DNA of 64,000 nt from the human T2T-CHM13v2.0 reference genome, Homo sapiens: NCBI RefSeq assembly GCF_009914755.1, contig NC_060930.1. One strand, written 5' to 3'. Below the pieces are notes generated by a model. It saw nothing but the letters and a program-made list of their open reading frames with translations, searched no databases and had not been told where the DNA came from. Shown in pieces: positions 1-58,129 of the stretch. The translations under genes and the position numbers were made by a program. Positions within the stretch are counted from its first letter, which is position 1. Each line of letters begins with the position of its first letter.

Positions 1-460
1 ATTAAGGTGTAACTTACATACAAGAAAACTTGTCAATTTTAAATATACAATTCCATGAGTTATGACAAACTTTTACGATGTGTAACCACCAACACAATCG
101 AGATATAGAACATTTCCATCACCCCCAAAGTTTCCTCTTGTCTTTGTAGTCAAATCTCCTTCCACTCCCAACCTTTGGCCACTGGCAACCACTGATCTGG
201 ATTCTATTATTATAGCTTCACCTTTTCTTGTATTTTATGTTAGTGAAATCACACACCATATGGCCTCTTAGTATAACACTTTCTGAGATGTATCCATGCT
301 GTTAGCTGTATTTGTAGCTCAATTATTTTTATTGCTGAGTAGTACTCCATGGTGACAGTATTCTGTTGTGTATTTTATTCTAGTAGAATTTTATTGGAAT
401 ATATGAATATATCACAGCTTGTTCATCTGTTTACCTGTTGACCCACCTTTACTTTGGGAT
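1..460 (-). mobile_element. Old L1M-type LINE 3' fragment
   Basis: Antisense L1M 3' UTR text (atatagaacatttccatcacccc, ttttattgctgagtagtactcc). Confidence 0.7.
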
Positions 461-499
461 CTACTAAAACGCTGGTGGGTACTTGCCTCCCCCATCTTT

Positions 500-630
500 A
501 TGTAATCTTTATGAGGGCAGTGACAGTGTCTGTCTGGGCCACGACTGTTTCCCCAGTGCCTAATACAATGTTCAGCACAGGGGAGGCACTCAGTAAAGAT
601 TTTATGAATGAATGCATGAATGAATGAACA
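500..630 (+). mobile_element. L2 3' end fragment
   Basis: gagggcag...ccccagtgcct...cactcagtaaa...tgaatgaatg tail. Confidence 0.7.
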
Positions 631-744
631 CATGCGTCAATACATTGGTTTAGCTAATCAACTGAGAATGGAGACTGACCTATGAAAAGAACACATTATT
701 AGCTAATTTCTCTATTTTGACCTTTTTCAGGTTCTGAGCACTAG

Positions 745-875
745 ACTAAGCTCAGTCTTTCATAAACTGAGAGAAACAATTCTTATCTTATGTGATTATT
801 GTGAGTATTAAATGAGATAACCTATGTAAGACACTTTACACAGTGCCTGCCATGTAATAAGCACCTAATAACTTC
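745..875 (+). mobile_element. MIR fragment
   Basis: MIR core: attattgtgagtattaaatgagataa...acagtgcctgccatgtaataagcac. Confidence 0.65.
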
Positions 876-2984
876 TCTGGGTATTATAATAATTGCTATT
901 ATTTTAATAAGAACAAATGCTATTCAAGCTATGGAACTTTGATGGGGGTTGGCAAACTCCTGTTCCCAGAAATTCAACTGAAAAACCAAGGTGTAGCTAT
1001 TAAAAGCTTTCTTCCTTTCCTGGTATGTAAAGAAATGTAACACTTCTACTCACAGGTCATCGGTGACTGACACTCTGGCTTGCATGTTTGTGCAAAGCTG
1101 TCCTTATTAGTGTAATATGTGACATTGTTTTAGAAAGTGGCTGCCATTGCAGTCTTCACACTCCCATCATTGGCAATTAGAAGGTAAATTTATATTTTAA
1201 AATTTGATTCAGAATATGAGTATAATCTCACCTGCTACCAATTCAGGAAGCCTCCTTTGCCAGTCTGTCAACTTTGATCGATTATTCTGAGAATTTCCAA
1301 AAATGCCCCCAATAGGCCTCCTATCACCTTCCCCTTGTTACTTCAACTGACATTCCTGTTAAAGTGGCAGATAATGCAATTGGCCCTAAACAGAGCTGTT
1401 GTCCACTTGCATAAAAGAATCAGCTGCACCAAAAACAATTTTGCCATTTTCAAAGGGAAATGGGATTACAGATACTATTTATTTTCTTAAATGGCTAAAC
1501 CTCCTGTTGTCTGGATCAAGTTCCATGTGTAACTTACTATCATCTTGCTTCCATTAAAAGACCTCAAAACTGAATGACTTTTCTAGGACAAACAAAAAAT
1601 CCCCAAACCAAGCCCTACCCATTCTTTCTCCAATACCACCCCTATCTGAAGAATTGTATCTGTCTGTGGCTGCCTCACACCCAGCCTGCAGCCATGGCAC
1701 TATTTTCTATGACTAACATTGTCTCCCTTCTTAAAATACTTTAGGATCCAAGAATCCTCAGATGCCCTGGAAGGTCTTCACAGCTAACGATCAAGTGTCC
1801 CTTTTGCAATTTAAGCCTGTTTCCTTGTACCCTTATTTCAGAAGCAGTAGAAAAACTTCTTCATAGGAATCACATTTCCTTTCAGAGAAAAGTCCAGCTC
1901 AATTGTGTCTTCCCTTCACTCAACAATTTCCATGTGTTAAGTATTCTCTCCCAGATGTCACAGTCCAACTAGGCCGCGTGAGCAGCGATAATCCCTCTAA
2001 TTAGCAGAGGTTGGAGACTTTTCCTGAAATCAGGGGACAATCTTGTAGCTCATAGCTGAGTTGGCTTCAGTTTAAATACTTTATGAGGGTTCGATAAGTA
2101 GAAAGAGAATTGGGAAAACATAAAGTAAGCTGCTTGTCTGATTCTTCCTTGTGTCATAAGAGAAAGATAACAATGTGTTCTTTGGGTTCTATAAAAGAGA
2201 AAAGGCTGGAACCAAATCCATTGAATGCCCACCTGGCCCTAAAGAGTGGCTTATTAGGGTCCTCAGTGCCCAGCTGAGTAAGAAGTACCCCTTGCCTCAC
2301 CAATTGGGATTGGTGTCTGTACACACTCCAAAACACAGTTGCCTGCCCAGGTCAGCAGGTCTCACATTTTCCATATAGAAATAACCCCCAAGCTTGTTAA
2401 AAATGCAGGTCCTCAAACCACACTGCAGAGGGGCTGTTTCCTGGAGGCCTTCTGAAATGGACTTCTGTGTTGATGATCTCTCGAATTCTTAACATCTGAT
2501 GTATTCCCTATTAGGAAACTGAAGGTTCTATGATCTTTTGATTTTCTTATACAAAGGGAATCAGAGGAAAGCTATTCGATAACCACAGTGAGAGTGGAAG
2601 CATCTGACTGATGCAAATTCCACAGTGTCCTGTTCATCAAAGTGTGTTCCACAGACTACCTGCATCAGAGTCACAAGGGTGCTTATTAAAAATGCAGATC
2701 TCTGGAACTCACCATTTGACGTGAGTCAGGATTTCCAAATTCCAAGCCAAGAAATTTGTACCTCAACAAACCATCCAGAGGATTTTGAAGGAATCTATAG
2801 CTTGGGAACTGTTTCCCTCAGGGTTAATTCTTCTTAGTAAACTGTTAGAGATGGAACCCTGTGAAACCAGGGGTCTGCATGCTACAGCATAATGGTGGAG
2901 GCCTCACTCCTGGGCTGTCAAAGGCCAGACATAGGTGTAAAGAACTGCCTCTCAGGTGGAATTTAGGAGCATTGTTCAGGATCT

Positions 2985-3170
2985 GCATGACCTTGAGAAG
3001 GTTCCTTAATTTTTCTTCATCTCAGTTTCTTAATATATAAAATGGAGATAATAATAGTTGCTTCTTCGTAGGATTGTTGTGAGGATTGAATGGATAATTA
3101 CCCTTAGATACTTGGAATACTGCCTGGCCCACAGTAAGTACTATGTACATGTTGGTTGCTGCTACTGCTT
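2985..3170 (+). mobile_element. MIR
   Basis: tgaccttgag...ctcagtttc...aaaatggagataataatag...ggattgttgtgaggatt. Confidence 0.75.
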
Positions 3171-3230
3171 CTGTTATAATTATTATCACCGTCTCAATTT
3201 CCACCACCTTGAGGGTTATTCTCTAAAACC

Positions 3231-3437
3231 CAGGGGTCAGCAAACTATGACCCTTTGCTTTGTTTTTGTGAATAAAGTTTTATTGGAACACAGCCATGTT
3301 CACACCTTTACATTATTGTCTACAGCTACTTTATGCTACATACAACAGGAGAGTTACATAGCTACAACAGGGCTCATATGGCCCACAATGCTTGACATAT
3401 ATCTCTTTGCCCTTTACAGACAGTTTGCCGACTCTTG
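3231..3437 (+). mobile_element. MER58A-like hAT DNA transposon
   Basis: TIRs caggggtcagcaaact...agtttgccgactcttg; internal aataaagttttattggaacacagcc. Confidence 0.8.
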
Positions 3438-5243
3438 CTCTATACACCTTTGGGCCCCTGTTAATATGTTGATTGCCCTGGGAGGAACAAGGACTGTTGT
3501 GTTTCAGGTTAGCTGACAGCTGGTTGAAGGCAGAACTCTGTGAGTGAAGCAGAAGGAATCAGCATCTTGCAATAGAGTAGAAAGAGGGCAGAGAACATCC
3601 TTGAGAAGGGTTTGGGGTGAGAGGACTTTGCAAGTCTCTTAGCCCAACTCCTTGCCTGAGCTTTTATGAAGCTGGAGAGTGTGTGGAAATAGCTGGGGGC
3701 GGGTTTTTCCATTTTCTACCTGTCAATGGCTTTCTTCCTCTAAGCTTCAGACCACTTTCTCAACTGGTCAGTTTATGAAATGCCCTTCCTGAGATCAAAG
3801 CAAGTCACCCCATCCGATACCTTCAGAGAAATTTCTATTTACTTTTTTCAGTTAAAATGAGAACTAATTACCTACTATGTTTCCAAACACTGGGGCAAAT
3901 ACAGGAAATAAAGCATGGACCTTGACCACAGAGTGCATAATCTTCTTTAAACTGAAAAGCCATAAACCCTTCAAATGAAGGACTTAAGGCCCCAGCCTTA
4001 CTCATTTGATACCCTGACACAATGAAGAAGTGACTAGGATTGCAAATAGCTGGTAACTAATTAACATCTGCCATTAAGATTGTGACAATAAAATAATTGG
4101 GGGCAAGTTGTGTCTGCTGAAGACCTATGTTCTCATCACTGGAGATTCTACTGAGCAAGGAGTGGGCTGAGCTGTGTTTTTAGTGCCCATGTTTTGCTAG
4201 GAGGCAGTTGCTAACTAGCAGGTAGAAGGAGCAGTTTATTGAGTGCTTCCTATGTTTCTAGTAGCTGTGGTTTACATATGTTATCTCATTGAATCTTTAC
4301 ATTGGCCCCATGAAGTAGGCACCACTATCCATTCTACACATAAAAAGCAGGTACTAAAATTACTGTAGCTAGTCAATGGTAGAGGTGGAGTTCCTGCTTA
4401 TCTGATTCCAAAGCCATTGTTGTAGTATATCATTCAGATAAGTTTAAGAAGGCAGGGAAAGATAAAAACACATCTGGCTGGAAGCAAGAGAAGGTGGAGA
4501 GAATTAAACAGCCTCACTATTCCCTGTTTGAAATCCTGATACCTGAGATTTAGTAGAGAGGTGTACCAAAGCAACAGCACTGCCTTTTTCTTTAGAAAAT
4601 AAAATAACAAACTCCTACTTCCTGGTTTCCAAGATTAACAAATATTCAGTTTTACCAAATATTCAGTTTTACCATAATTGCTTCAGAATTTGAGAAAAAT
4701 TAAACAACACATTTAAGAAATAAAAGTCTCATATGTTTTCCACACTGATACTTAAAGCCAATTATTCTTACGATGTTGGCCAGTTTTAAAATTTGATTAT
4801 TGCCCAATTTTTAAATGGTCTAGATTGTAGTTGCTCACTTAAGTCATTGCGGCTGTTGGGCAAATTTGGCTTTTTGTTTTGTTTTGTTTCGTTTAAAAAA
4901 TAATATTAGTGGTTTGTAATGGTTAGAGACGGTGGAAGATGGCCTTTTATCACCTCACCATCAGTGGCTTAGGTAAAACAAAAATCAGCCATAGAACGCT
5001 TCTGCCCATCAGAAGCAGGCCCCCAGTTGACATGCCTCCTATTTTACAGCTCAAGAAGCTCTACTGTTCACCTTCTAAAAGTCTTTTGTGACAGGAAATG
5101 CTTTTTTGACAGCAGGACTAGCCCACCTGCCCAGTAGTAAGTCTGAGGTAGAGAGATGCAGGCTCTAGACCTTGAAGATTGCTCTAATGCCAAAGATTCT
5201 TATATCTGGTGCAGGCAAGAATAGGTGGGTGTGTGCATATATT

Positions 5244-5443
5244 TAGTATTGTGCTGGCGCAGATGGAGCCCACTGTGTACATCTCTTCCCAACACTGCAT
5301 TCAGTGACATGGTGTTGGTAGCTTGAAATTGACCATGGCAATCAACAAACACTACAAATAAAGGTTTGGTTTTGTTTGTTTGCTTGTTTGTTTTTACTTT
5401 TTTTAAAAGAGCCGATTATTAAACATTTACCTGTGCATGGCTG
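5244..5443 (+). mobile_element. MER63-like hAT DNA transposon
   Basis: catctcttcccaac...ttcagtgac...gttggtagcttgaaat...gagccgattattaaacatttacc. Confidence 0.65.
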
Positions 5444-5449
5444 AATATA

Positions 5450-6850
5450 TTCCATAATTTATCTTTTCTTTTAGTATAAACACATTTTCCCCATTCTTTA
5501 CCATAACAAAAAAACTTCAATGAATATGCTATGTGGAATTTTGTGCACATATGTGTGAGTTCCTTTAGCATATAGACCTAGAAGTGAAGTTTCTATCTTA
5601 TGAACTGTGCACATTTCAACTTCATTAGATAGCATCAAATTGATGTCCTACTAGATTTCCTATTTTCTTACCTTCTTGTTGACACTTGATATTGTCAGTC
5701 TTCTTAATTTATGCCAATCTTAGCTTGAGGTGGTATTTTACTGCTATTTGAACCTATAATTTTTCTGATTACTTACGAGGCTAAAAATCTTTTTACATAT
5801 TTATTGGCCATCTGGGTCTTTTGTGAATTTGCTACTCATATTTTTTGTTCATTTTTTCCTTAGATAATCTCCTGTTCTTTTTATTGATTTGTAGAAATTC
5901 TTTACATATCCTGAATACTTATTCTTATTCAATTATATGCAGTATACATATCATCTCTCACCTGTGGCTTGTCTTTTAATCATGTTATGTTTTTGTCATA
6001 AAGAAGTTTAAATTTTGATACAGTCAAATGTATTATTCTTTTCCTCTGTAATTTCTATGTTTTTTTCATGTTTAAGCAATCTTTCTTGACCTAAAGGTTA
6101 AAAATATGTTCCTATATTTTCTTTTTCGAAGTTTATATTTTCATATTTAAATTTTTAATCTATCTAGAATTTATTTTTGTCAATGGTATCAGGTGTACAT
6201 TTAATGTATTTCCTCATATGGAAATGCAATTATTCCCACATTATTATGAAAGAGACCCAAGTTTCCCTCTTGCCTTTTTGGTTCCTCTTATACATAAAAG
6301 CCCTGCATATGCTTGCATCTATTTGGATATTACCTATTCCAGTCTATAGATTCATTTTATCTTTATTTTTGGAACTATTACACTCTAATTACTGTAACTT
6401 TACCAAAGCTCCTGATATTCTTTTGAGGCAATTCTTTTCTCTTTATTCAGCCTTTTCAGAATTTTCTTATCTATTCTTCAATGTTTACTCTTTCATGTGA
6501 ATTGAACCATTTGTCAGCTTGGCAAGTTCCACTGAAAACCCTGTTAGATTTTTTACTAGAATGACAATGAATTTATAGATTAATATTAAAACAATCTATT
6601 AATATTTCATACATATGTACATATAGAGAGAGAGTCAGGTATTTTTATGTCCTTCAATAATTGCTTTATAACATTTCCATAAAATTTGAATTTATATTTT
6701 ATTAGAATTAAATAATAATAATTTTATAAATTATTTTTATTTTTATTGTTAAGGGGATCGTCTATCCTGTTTTATGATATGAATGGCTATGGCTGCCCTA
6801 TAGGAATGTTATTAGTTCTTATATGCTCATTTCCGTATTAATTTTTCAAA
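5450..6850 (-). mobile_element. Old L1M LINE fragments immediately upstream of the promoter
   Basis: T-rich antisense L1 ORF2/3' text (ttattggccatctgg, agaagtttaaattttgata). Confidence 0.6.
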
Positions 6851-6879
6851 CTTTTCCCCAGTCTTTGGAGCTTAAGCAT

Positions 6880-7050
6880 TTAAGGTAAACTTAGTGTTTG
6901 TCCTCGAAAGAGTCAATGATGTTATCTTTGACAACCTTTATTGGCACTACGGTACATATGGAAGGGTCAAAGTTTCTAATACGACCGTCAGGGTAAAGTC
7001 TAAACGGTATTTATGACAAGGTGTGTGCTAAAATCAGCTCACTTGCAGCA
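6880..7050 (+). promoter_or_regulatory. MEP1A proximal promoter with HNF4-type DR1, CDX, GATA and TATA-like motifs
   Basis: GATA ttatct 6922-6927; CDX-type tttattgg 6937-6944; DR1-like gggtca-a-agtttc 6964-6976 and agggta-a-agtcta 6990-7002; TATA-like tatttat 7008-7014 overlapping CDX-type tttatgac; FOX-like gtaaac/tgtttgt near 6885-6901. Consistent with the known intestinal/renal expression. Motif matches are by eye only. Confidence 0.7.
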
Positions 7051-52622
<45,572 letters not shown>

Positions 52623-53276
52623 CCTGCCTGCTGGCATTGGCCAGACCACAGCAGCACCTCCTCCATGCAGGCCTTAACTTTCCCATGTTCAATGCAGTTT
52701 GGGGCAGCTTTTTTATCAGCCTTGCTTTGGATAGGACCTCCAAGGACTAAGGCCTCCAGCCCCATGTGTGACCCTTGTCATCTCTCTGCCCCACATAATT
52801 ATGTTACTTTGCTATGTGCTCCTAATGTATCTAGTGTGTCCTGTGACAACACTCATCACACTTCATTGTAAATCACTTGTTTTATTGACTGTCTTTCCTA
52901 TAGACTGTAAGCTCCATGAGGGCAGGCACATGTTGTTCTCATTGACCGTGCTGGCCCCAGTGCCTAGATGCATGGCTGGCACATTGTTGGCACTCAACAA
53001 TGGTTGAATGAATAAAACAATAAATGAATGAATAACTAAGATATAGAAACTCTCATTTATATTGCAGATTGAATATATATGATGAAATTCTTATGTTGAA
53101 TATGTTAGAATCAAATACTCATTTTTCATTAGATACAGTAGTGTCATCACTCTTTTAAGATCTTGTTAAAGATTTCAAATAAAGGTACTTCTGGGCAGCC
53201 AGGCTGCACAGCATTTGCTTTCCTCTGAGATTCTAAGAGAAGGCCTTTAATAAATTTAATAAATATTGAGTTAGCA
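52623..53276 (+). other. MEP1A: MEP1A 3' UTR (approximate end)
   Basis: Follows the stop codon, contains several AATAAA hexamers and precedes a GT/T-rich tract. Confidence 0.75.
52830..53035 (+). mobile_element. L2 3' end inside the MEP1A 3' UTR
   Basis: tagactgtaagctccatgagggcagg...ccccagtgcctag...tggcaca...cactcaacaa...tgaatgaataaa. Confidence 0.8.
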
Positions 53277-53330
53277 CCTTCTTTGTATCTGGTATTGTAT
53301 ATAAGTGTGGGTGTGCATGTGTGTGTTGAA
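53178..53330 (+). terminator. Polyadenylation signal cluster with downstream GU-rich element
   Basis: AATAAA at 53178, 53249 and 53258, followed by tttgtatctggtattgt...gtgtgggtgtgcatgtgtgtgtt; additional proximal AATAAA at 53011 and 53019. Confidence 0.8.
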
Positions 53331-55357
53331 GGGTAGGGGTGTTCAAAAGCTCTTTCCCAGATCTTTTAAGTTTAATAGCATATTTTATAGCTATTTATGT
53401 ACAACATTATCATATTAACAAACTGAAGGTATCAGAGAACTTTAAAGAAGTATTTTTAGATATGCTTTCTTTCCATAGTTCCTAAGGAGATAAACTCTAG
53501 CTGGGGCAAGGAAGTTCCAAGATAGAGCAAGTGAAAAAAAAAAAAAAGCTAAAGTTTCTATACCCAATCAGCAATAAGTCAGCTCAGGAAGTTTAATAAA
53601 TGAAAAGATTTTAAGGATTCTGAGTGGTCCTTTAAGTCATAAGGTTTCCTAAGTAGAGACTTTATGACAATTTTGTAGAGTTAAAATGCACTGGAAACAA
53701 AATGAGAGATTAACAAGAGTTTCTTTAATGCAAAGTTATGGGAACAATTTGTAGCGAGTGAAAACAGCACCCCTGAGGGCAATAACTCTCAAACTTCAGG
53801 TGCATCTGTATCCCAGGGAGGACTGATTAAAACAGATTACAAGGCCCTACACCCAGAGTTTCTGGGTCAGTAGATCTAGGGTGGGATCTAAGAATGTGCA
53901 TTCTTAAATGTGCCAGAATCTAACAAGATATAAGAATGTGCCAGAATCTAGTAGGTTTCCAGGCCATGCTGCTACTGCTACTGACTCCCCCACAACCTCC
54001 ACCTCACAGACACCTTGAGAACCACTGCTCTAGTGGATAGAAAACAGGTCTGGAAGCCAAGCATCCTGGCTGCAGGCTTGGATTGCCCATCCAGCTAGCT
54101 GGGTAAATTTTAGTAAGAAATCATTTAAGCTCTTGATCTTAGTTTACTAACTTGTCAAATGGAAATAATAGCTGACTATCTCCTTCCACATGACTTTACC
54201 ACTTACAGAGTAGCAGAGTAATACAATGGGATAATGAATATGAACCTATCTTAGAGTTTAATATGTATGAAAATATTACTATTCAATGTTCAGACTAGAT
54301 AGGAAGCTATCCTGTCACCAGCCCAGTTGTATTATCTCCAAAGACCAGATTGGAAATGGATTTCAGCTTTGTTTCTCGCTGTGCTTCACAGTCCTGCAAA
54401 CCCTCCACTAACCTCAGAGTTAGGCCTAAAGAAAGCCATGCCCTTAACACTCTGCTCAATATCTGACCTCAGAAGTGAACTCTAGGCTTTGTTGCTGCTG
54501 CTGCTGTTATTGTCCTTTTGTTTTATTAAAAGGAGCATGCTGTGGTCTGTCACACATGGAAAGGCCCCAAGCCCAAACCAATGACAACATTTCTTAAATA
54601 CATGAGTTTCTCTCTGGAGGAAGCAGAAGCTAAAATTTCAAAGATAACCTAGTATTTTCATCTAGTACTCCAAATTAAAACTGCTAGGTCAAAATAATGA
54701 TAAGTAGGTACCAGAATGAGGGTAAAGCATTTTGATATTTATTTCTCTCTAGATTCTCAACCAGCACCATGCCTACTATCTATGTTTATCACTTTTGATG
54801 ATTAATGGAAACCTCTGTTGATTGATTAATGGTCTGGCTCACTGTAAATCTGACATGTTATTCAGCTTTTCTTTGAGCCCAAACCCTCAATAATTCCAGG
54901 AGGACTAGCAGATACTTTATTCTTTTAAGATGTTGGGATGGTGATGGCAGAGGGCATGTAGGGTGGGGAGTAGGTAGAAATTAAGCATTTCATAATCTCT
55001 AGGCAGTGTGGAATTCAGGATTTAGAGGAGCAACACGAAAAATGTGGGAAATCCTCCCTGAATCTGAGTGTCTGACTTCTTTAATCTTACATAGTGGGAA
55101 TAAGTCATAGTGGCTTGAAAATTTGAGAATGTCTCATGCTTCCCCCACCATATCCTCGATACATCCCCATCTGCATCCTTTCCTTCTGTGAACTGACCTG
55201 AGCCAATCTGGCCATTCACAAACGTCAGGTTCTTTCAGTAATATCTGGAGCCTCTGATAATTAGAAGTGGATGGGAACTCTAACCCCCTCTCTGATGATG
55301 TTGAAATGAATCAAGATTTAAACTAAATTCTGCTACACATTCATATTTGTTAACCAT

Positions 55358-56406
55358 TGTTGCGGGAAGTCAGGGACCTCGAATGGAGGGACCAGCTGGA
55401 GCCGCAGCAGAAGAACATAAATTGTGAATATTTCATGGACATTTATCAGTTCCCAAAATTAATACTATTATAATTTCTTATGCCCGTCTTTACTGCAATC
55501 TCTGAACATAAATTGTGAAGATTTCATGGATGTTTATCACTTCCCTAATAATACTCTTATAATTTCTTATGTCTGTCTTTACTTTAATTTCTTAATCCCA
55601 TTATCTTTGTAAGCTGAGAATGTACATCACCTCAGGACCATTATTGTACAAATAGATTGTAAAACATGTGTGTTTGAACAATAAGAAAATCAGTGCACCT
55701 TGAAAAAGAACAGAATAACAGCGATTTTCAGGGAAAAAAGGAAGGTAACCATAAGGTCTGACTGCCTGTGGGGTCGGGCAGAATAGAGCCATATTTTAAT
55801 TCTTGCAGAGAGCGTATAAATGGACATGCAAATAGGAGAGATATCGCTGAATTCTTTTCCCAGCAAGGAATACCTTGGGGGAAGGAATGCATTCCTGGGG
55901 GGAGGTCTATAAACGGCTGCTCTGGGAGTGTCTGTCTTATGCGGTTGAGATAAGGACTGAAATATGCCCTGGTCTCCTGCAGTACCCTCAGGCTTACTAG
56001 GATTGGGAAATTCCAGCCTGATAAATTTTGGTCAGACTGGTTCTCTGCTCTCAAACCCTGTTTTCTGTTAAGATGTTTATCAAGATAATACGTGCACGGT
56101 GGGACATAGACCCTCATCAGTAATTCTAATTTTGCCTTTGCCTTGTGATTTTTATTGCCCTTTGAAGCATGTGATCTTTGTGACCTGCTCCTTGTTTGTA
56201 TACCCCCTCCCCTTTTAAAATCCCTAATAAAAACTTGCTGGTTTTGCAGCTTAGGGGACATAACGGACCTACTGATATGTGATGTTACCCCCAGAGGCCC
56301 AGCTGTAAAATTCCTCTTTGTACTCTTTCTCTTTATTTCTCAGACCAGCCAACACTTAGGGAAAATAGAACCTACGTTGAAATATTGGGGTCTAGTTCCC
56401 CTGATA
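55358..56406 (+). mobile_element. MER11 solo LTR (HERV-K11/HML-8 group)
   Basis: Starts tgttgcgggaagtcagggacc and ends ttcccctgata; 6-bp TSD aaccat (55352-55357, 56407-56412); internal tataaa motifs and aataaa at 56226. Confidence 0.9.
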
Positions 56407-56568
56407 AACCATCAAGCCCACAAATAGCCATCCAACCTGTTTTGTAGGTGTAGGGAAGTCTCTGCTCTGTCCTTTTAAGTGCTCCACCTCCAAGCCTCTT
56501 GGATTAAAGGTTCATTCTAGACACATACAGTCAAATAATCTGAAGGCCAAGATCTGTCAACTCTACCT

Positions 56569-56782
56569 TAGGGTTTCTGAACCTCAGCCCTGGTAATATT
56601 TTGAGGTGGGTATTCTTTTCTGTGAGGGCTGTTCTCTGCATTGTGATATGTTTAGTGGCATCCCTGGCCTCTACTTACTGGATGCTCATAGCACACTTCT
56701 TCAGTAGTGACAACCCCAAATCTCTAGGACATTGACAAATGTCCCCCTGAGGGGCAAAATCATTACTTATCAGGAATCACTG
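56569..56782 (+). mobile_element. MER20 hAT DNA transposon
   Basis: gtttagtggcatccctggcctctac...gtgacaacc...gacattgacaaatgtcccc...ggggcaaaatc. Confidence 0.8.
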
Positions 56783-58129
56783 CTCTAGTTGGATCAGCCA
56801 ATGAAACCTTGTATTAAGTGAGGGAAAACTAGGACCAAACAGAGTTCTAGTCTAAGGTTCTACCCCAAAAGTTAGTTCACTGGGCCTGCCAGAGTATTGT
56901 ACCTATAGCTGTCTTGATAATTGTATTTAACCAATGCAAAAATTATTTTAAGCATCCTTTATACTAATAACAAACCCTCTGGTGTAGCTTGCTATAGAAA
57001 TATTTAAAGTTTTGCAACAGATATTTTTCCAGTAGAGACTTTTGATAGGATCTTTCAAATACTAACTAACTGCTATTGGAGTGTGTGTTCCTTTTCAGAA
57101 TACTTTGCATACTATTTAACCTCCCCCAGGGTGTGGATTTAGTCCCCCTGCAGGCTGTATACAGTGTATTTCCTATATGGAGGCATTCACAAGCAAATTA
57201 CAGATGGATCTCACACCTTCCCTTCTTGAGCTCTGCCTTTCTCATGAATTATATCATCTGTTTTATGGCTTGATTAAATTTTAGAGATTCTGAAGTCCAC
57301 CTCTTGTATTTGGGTAAACTGAGGCAATTCTGGAGAGGCTAAGTGCCTTAGGCAGGTCACAGAGCCACTTAATAGCAGAATCTATTATTCTTGTTTGACT
57401 ACAGAAAACCTTAATAAGATTAGAGGTTTGGAAGGTGCTATAAAATGTAGGCTAATCTATATGGAACACTATGTAAAGTTCTTTTTTACTTGGTTTTCTT
57501 TATTAGGTATATCAGTTTTATGGATAATTAGTCACCTACTCAAATTTCTATATGCTTATAAATATGGTTAAAACATCTTTCTTATGTCAGTTTTAATATA
57601 AATATGTTTTTCAAAAGTCTCTAAGCAAAGAAAAGTTTGAAAAGATTTATAGTTATCCTGTAGCTGTGAGTGTCATTTAGCAAACTCTTGATAACTCTAA
57701 TGAATGGGGGATGGGAGATAATGGAGTCAGGTGCCAGTGACCTCTAATGAGTACTGATGTGAAAAAATATGATAGGAAAGATTTGATATGGGTAGGGCAG
57801 CCCAACAGATGTGTGTGTGTGTGTATGTGTGTAAGAGTTGCAGCTAACAGTGATATCAGAGTAAAGACAAGACCCATCTCTCTTTGCCTTCCACAGTTTT
57901 ACCAAGAACTAGTCCTGGAATCCCAGAATGGATTGAGACATGGGCCTCATCTGGGTCACAGCATACCTTAGGGCCTAGACAAATGTAGGACAAATTGACC
58001 CATGTGTGGCTCACCAGCTCAATGAAAATCATTAAAAACATTTAAAGATCCTATCTGGTCAAGAGAATAAAAGGAGAATAGAAAAATGGGGTCATAAGAA
58101 AGGCATGAGAAGAGAGCAGGAGGCAGAGG

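Noticed and set aside
3058-3516. 152-aa ORF upstream of MEP1A
   Set aside because: Non-ATG start; spans a MIR and a MER58; no recognisable protein features.
7021-7050. In-frame GTG upstream of the MEP1A ATG (possible N-terminal extension)
   Set aside because: It lies only about 7 nt after the TATA-like box, so probably upstream of the TSS; ATG 7051 has a strong context.
55728-56261. 177-aa minus-strand ORF
   Set aside because: Entirely within the MER11 LTR; no gag/pol/env similarity.
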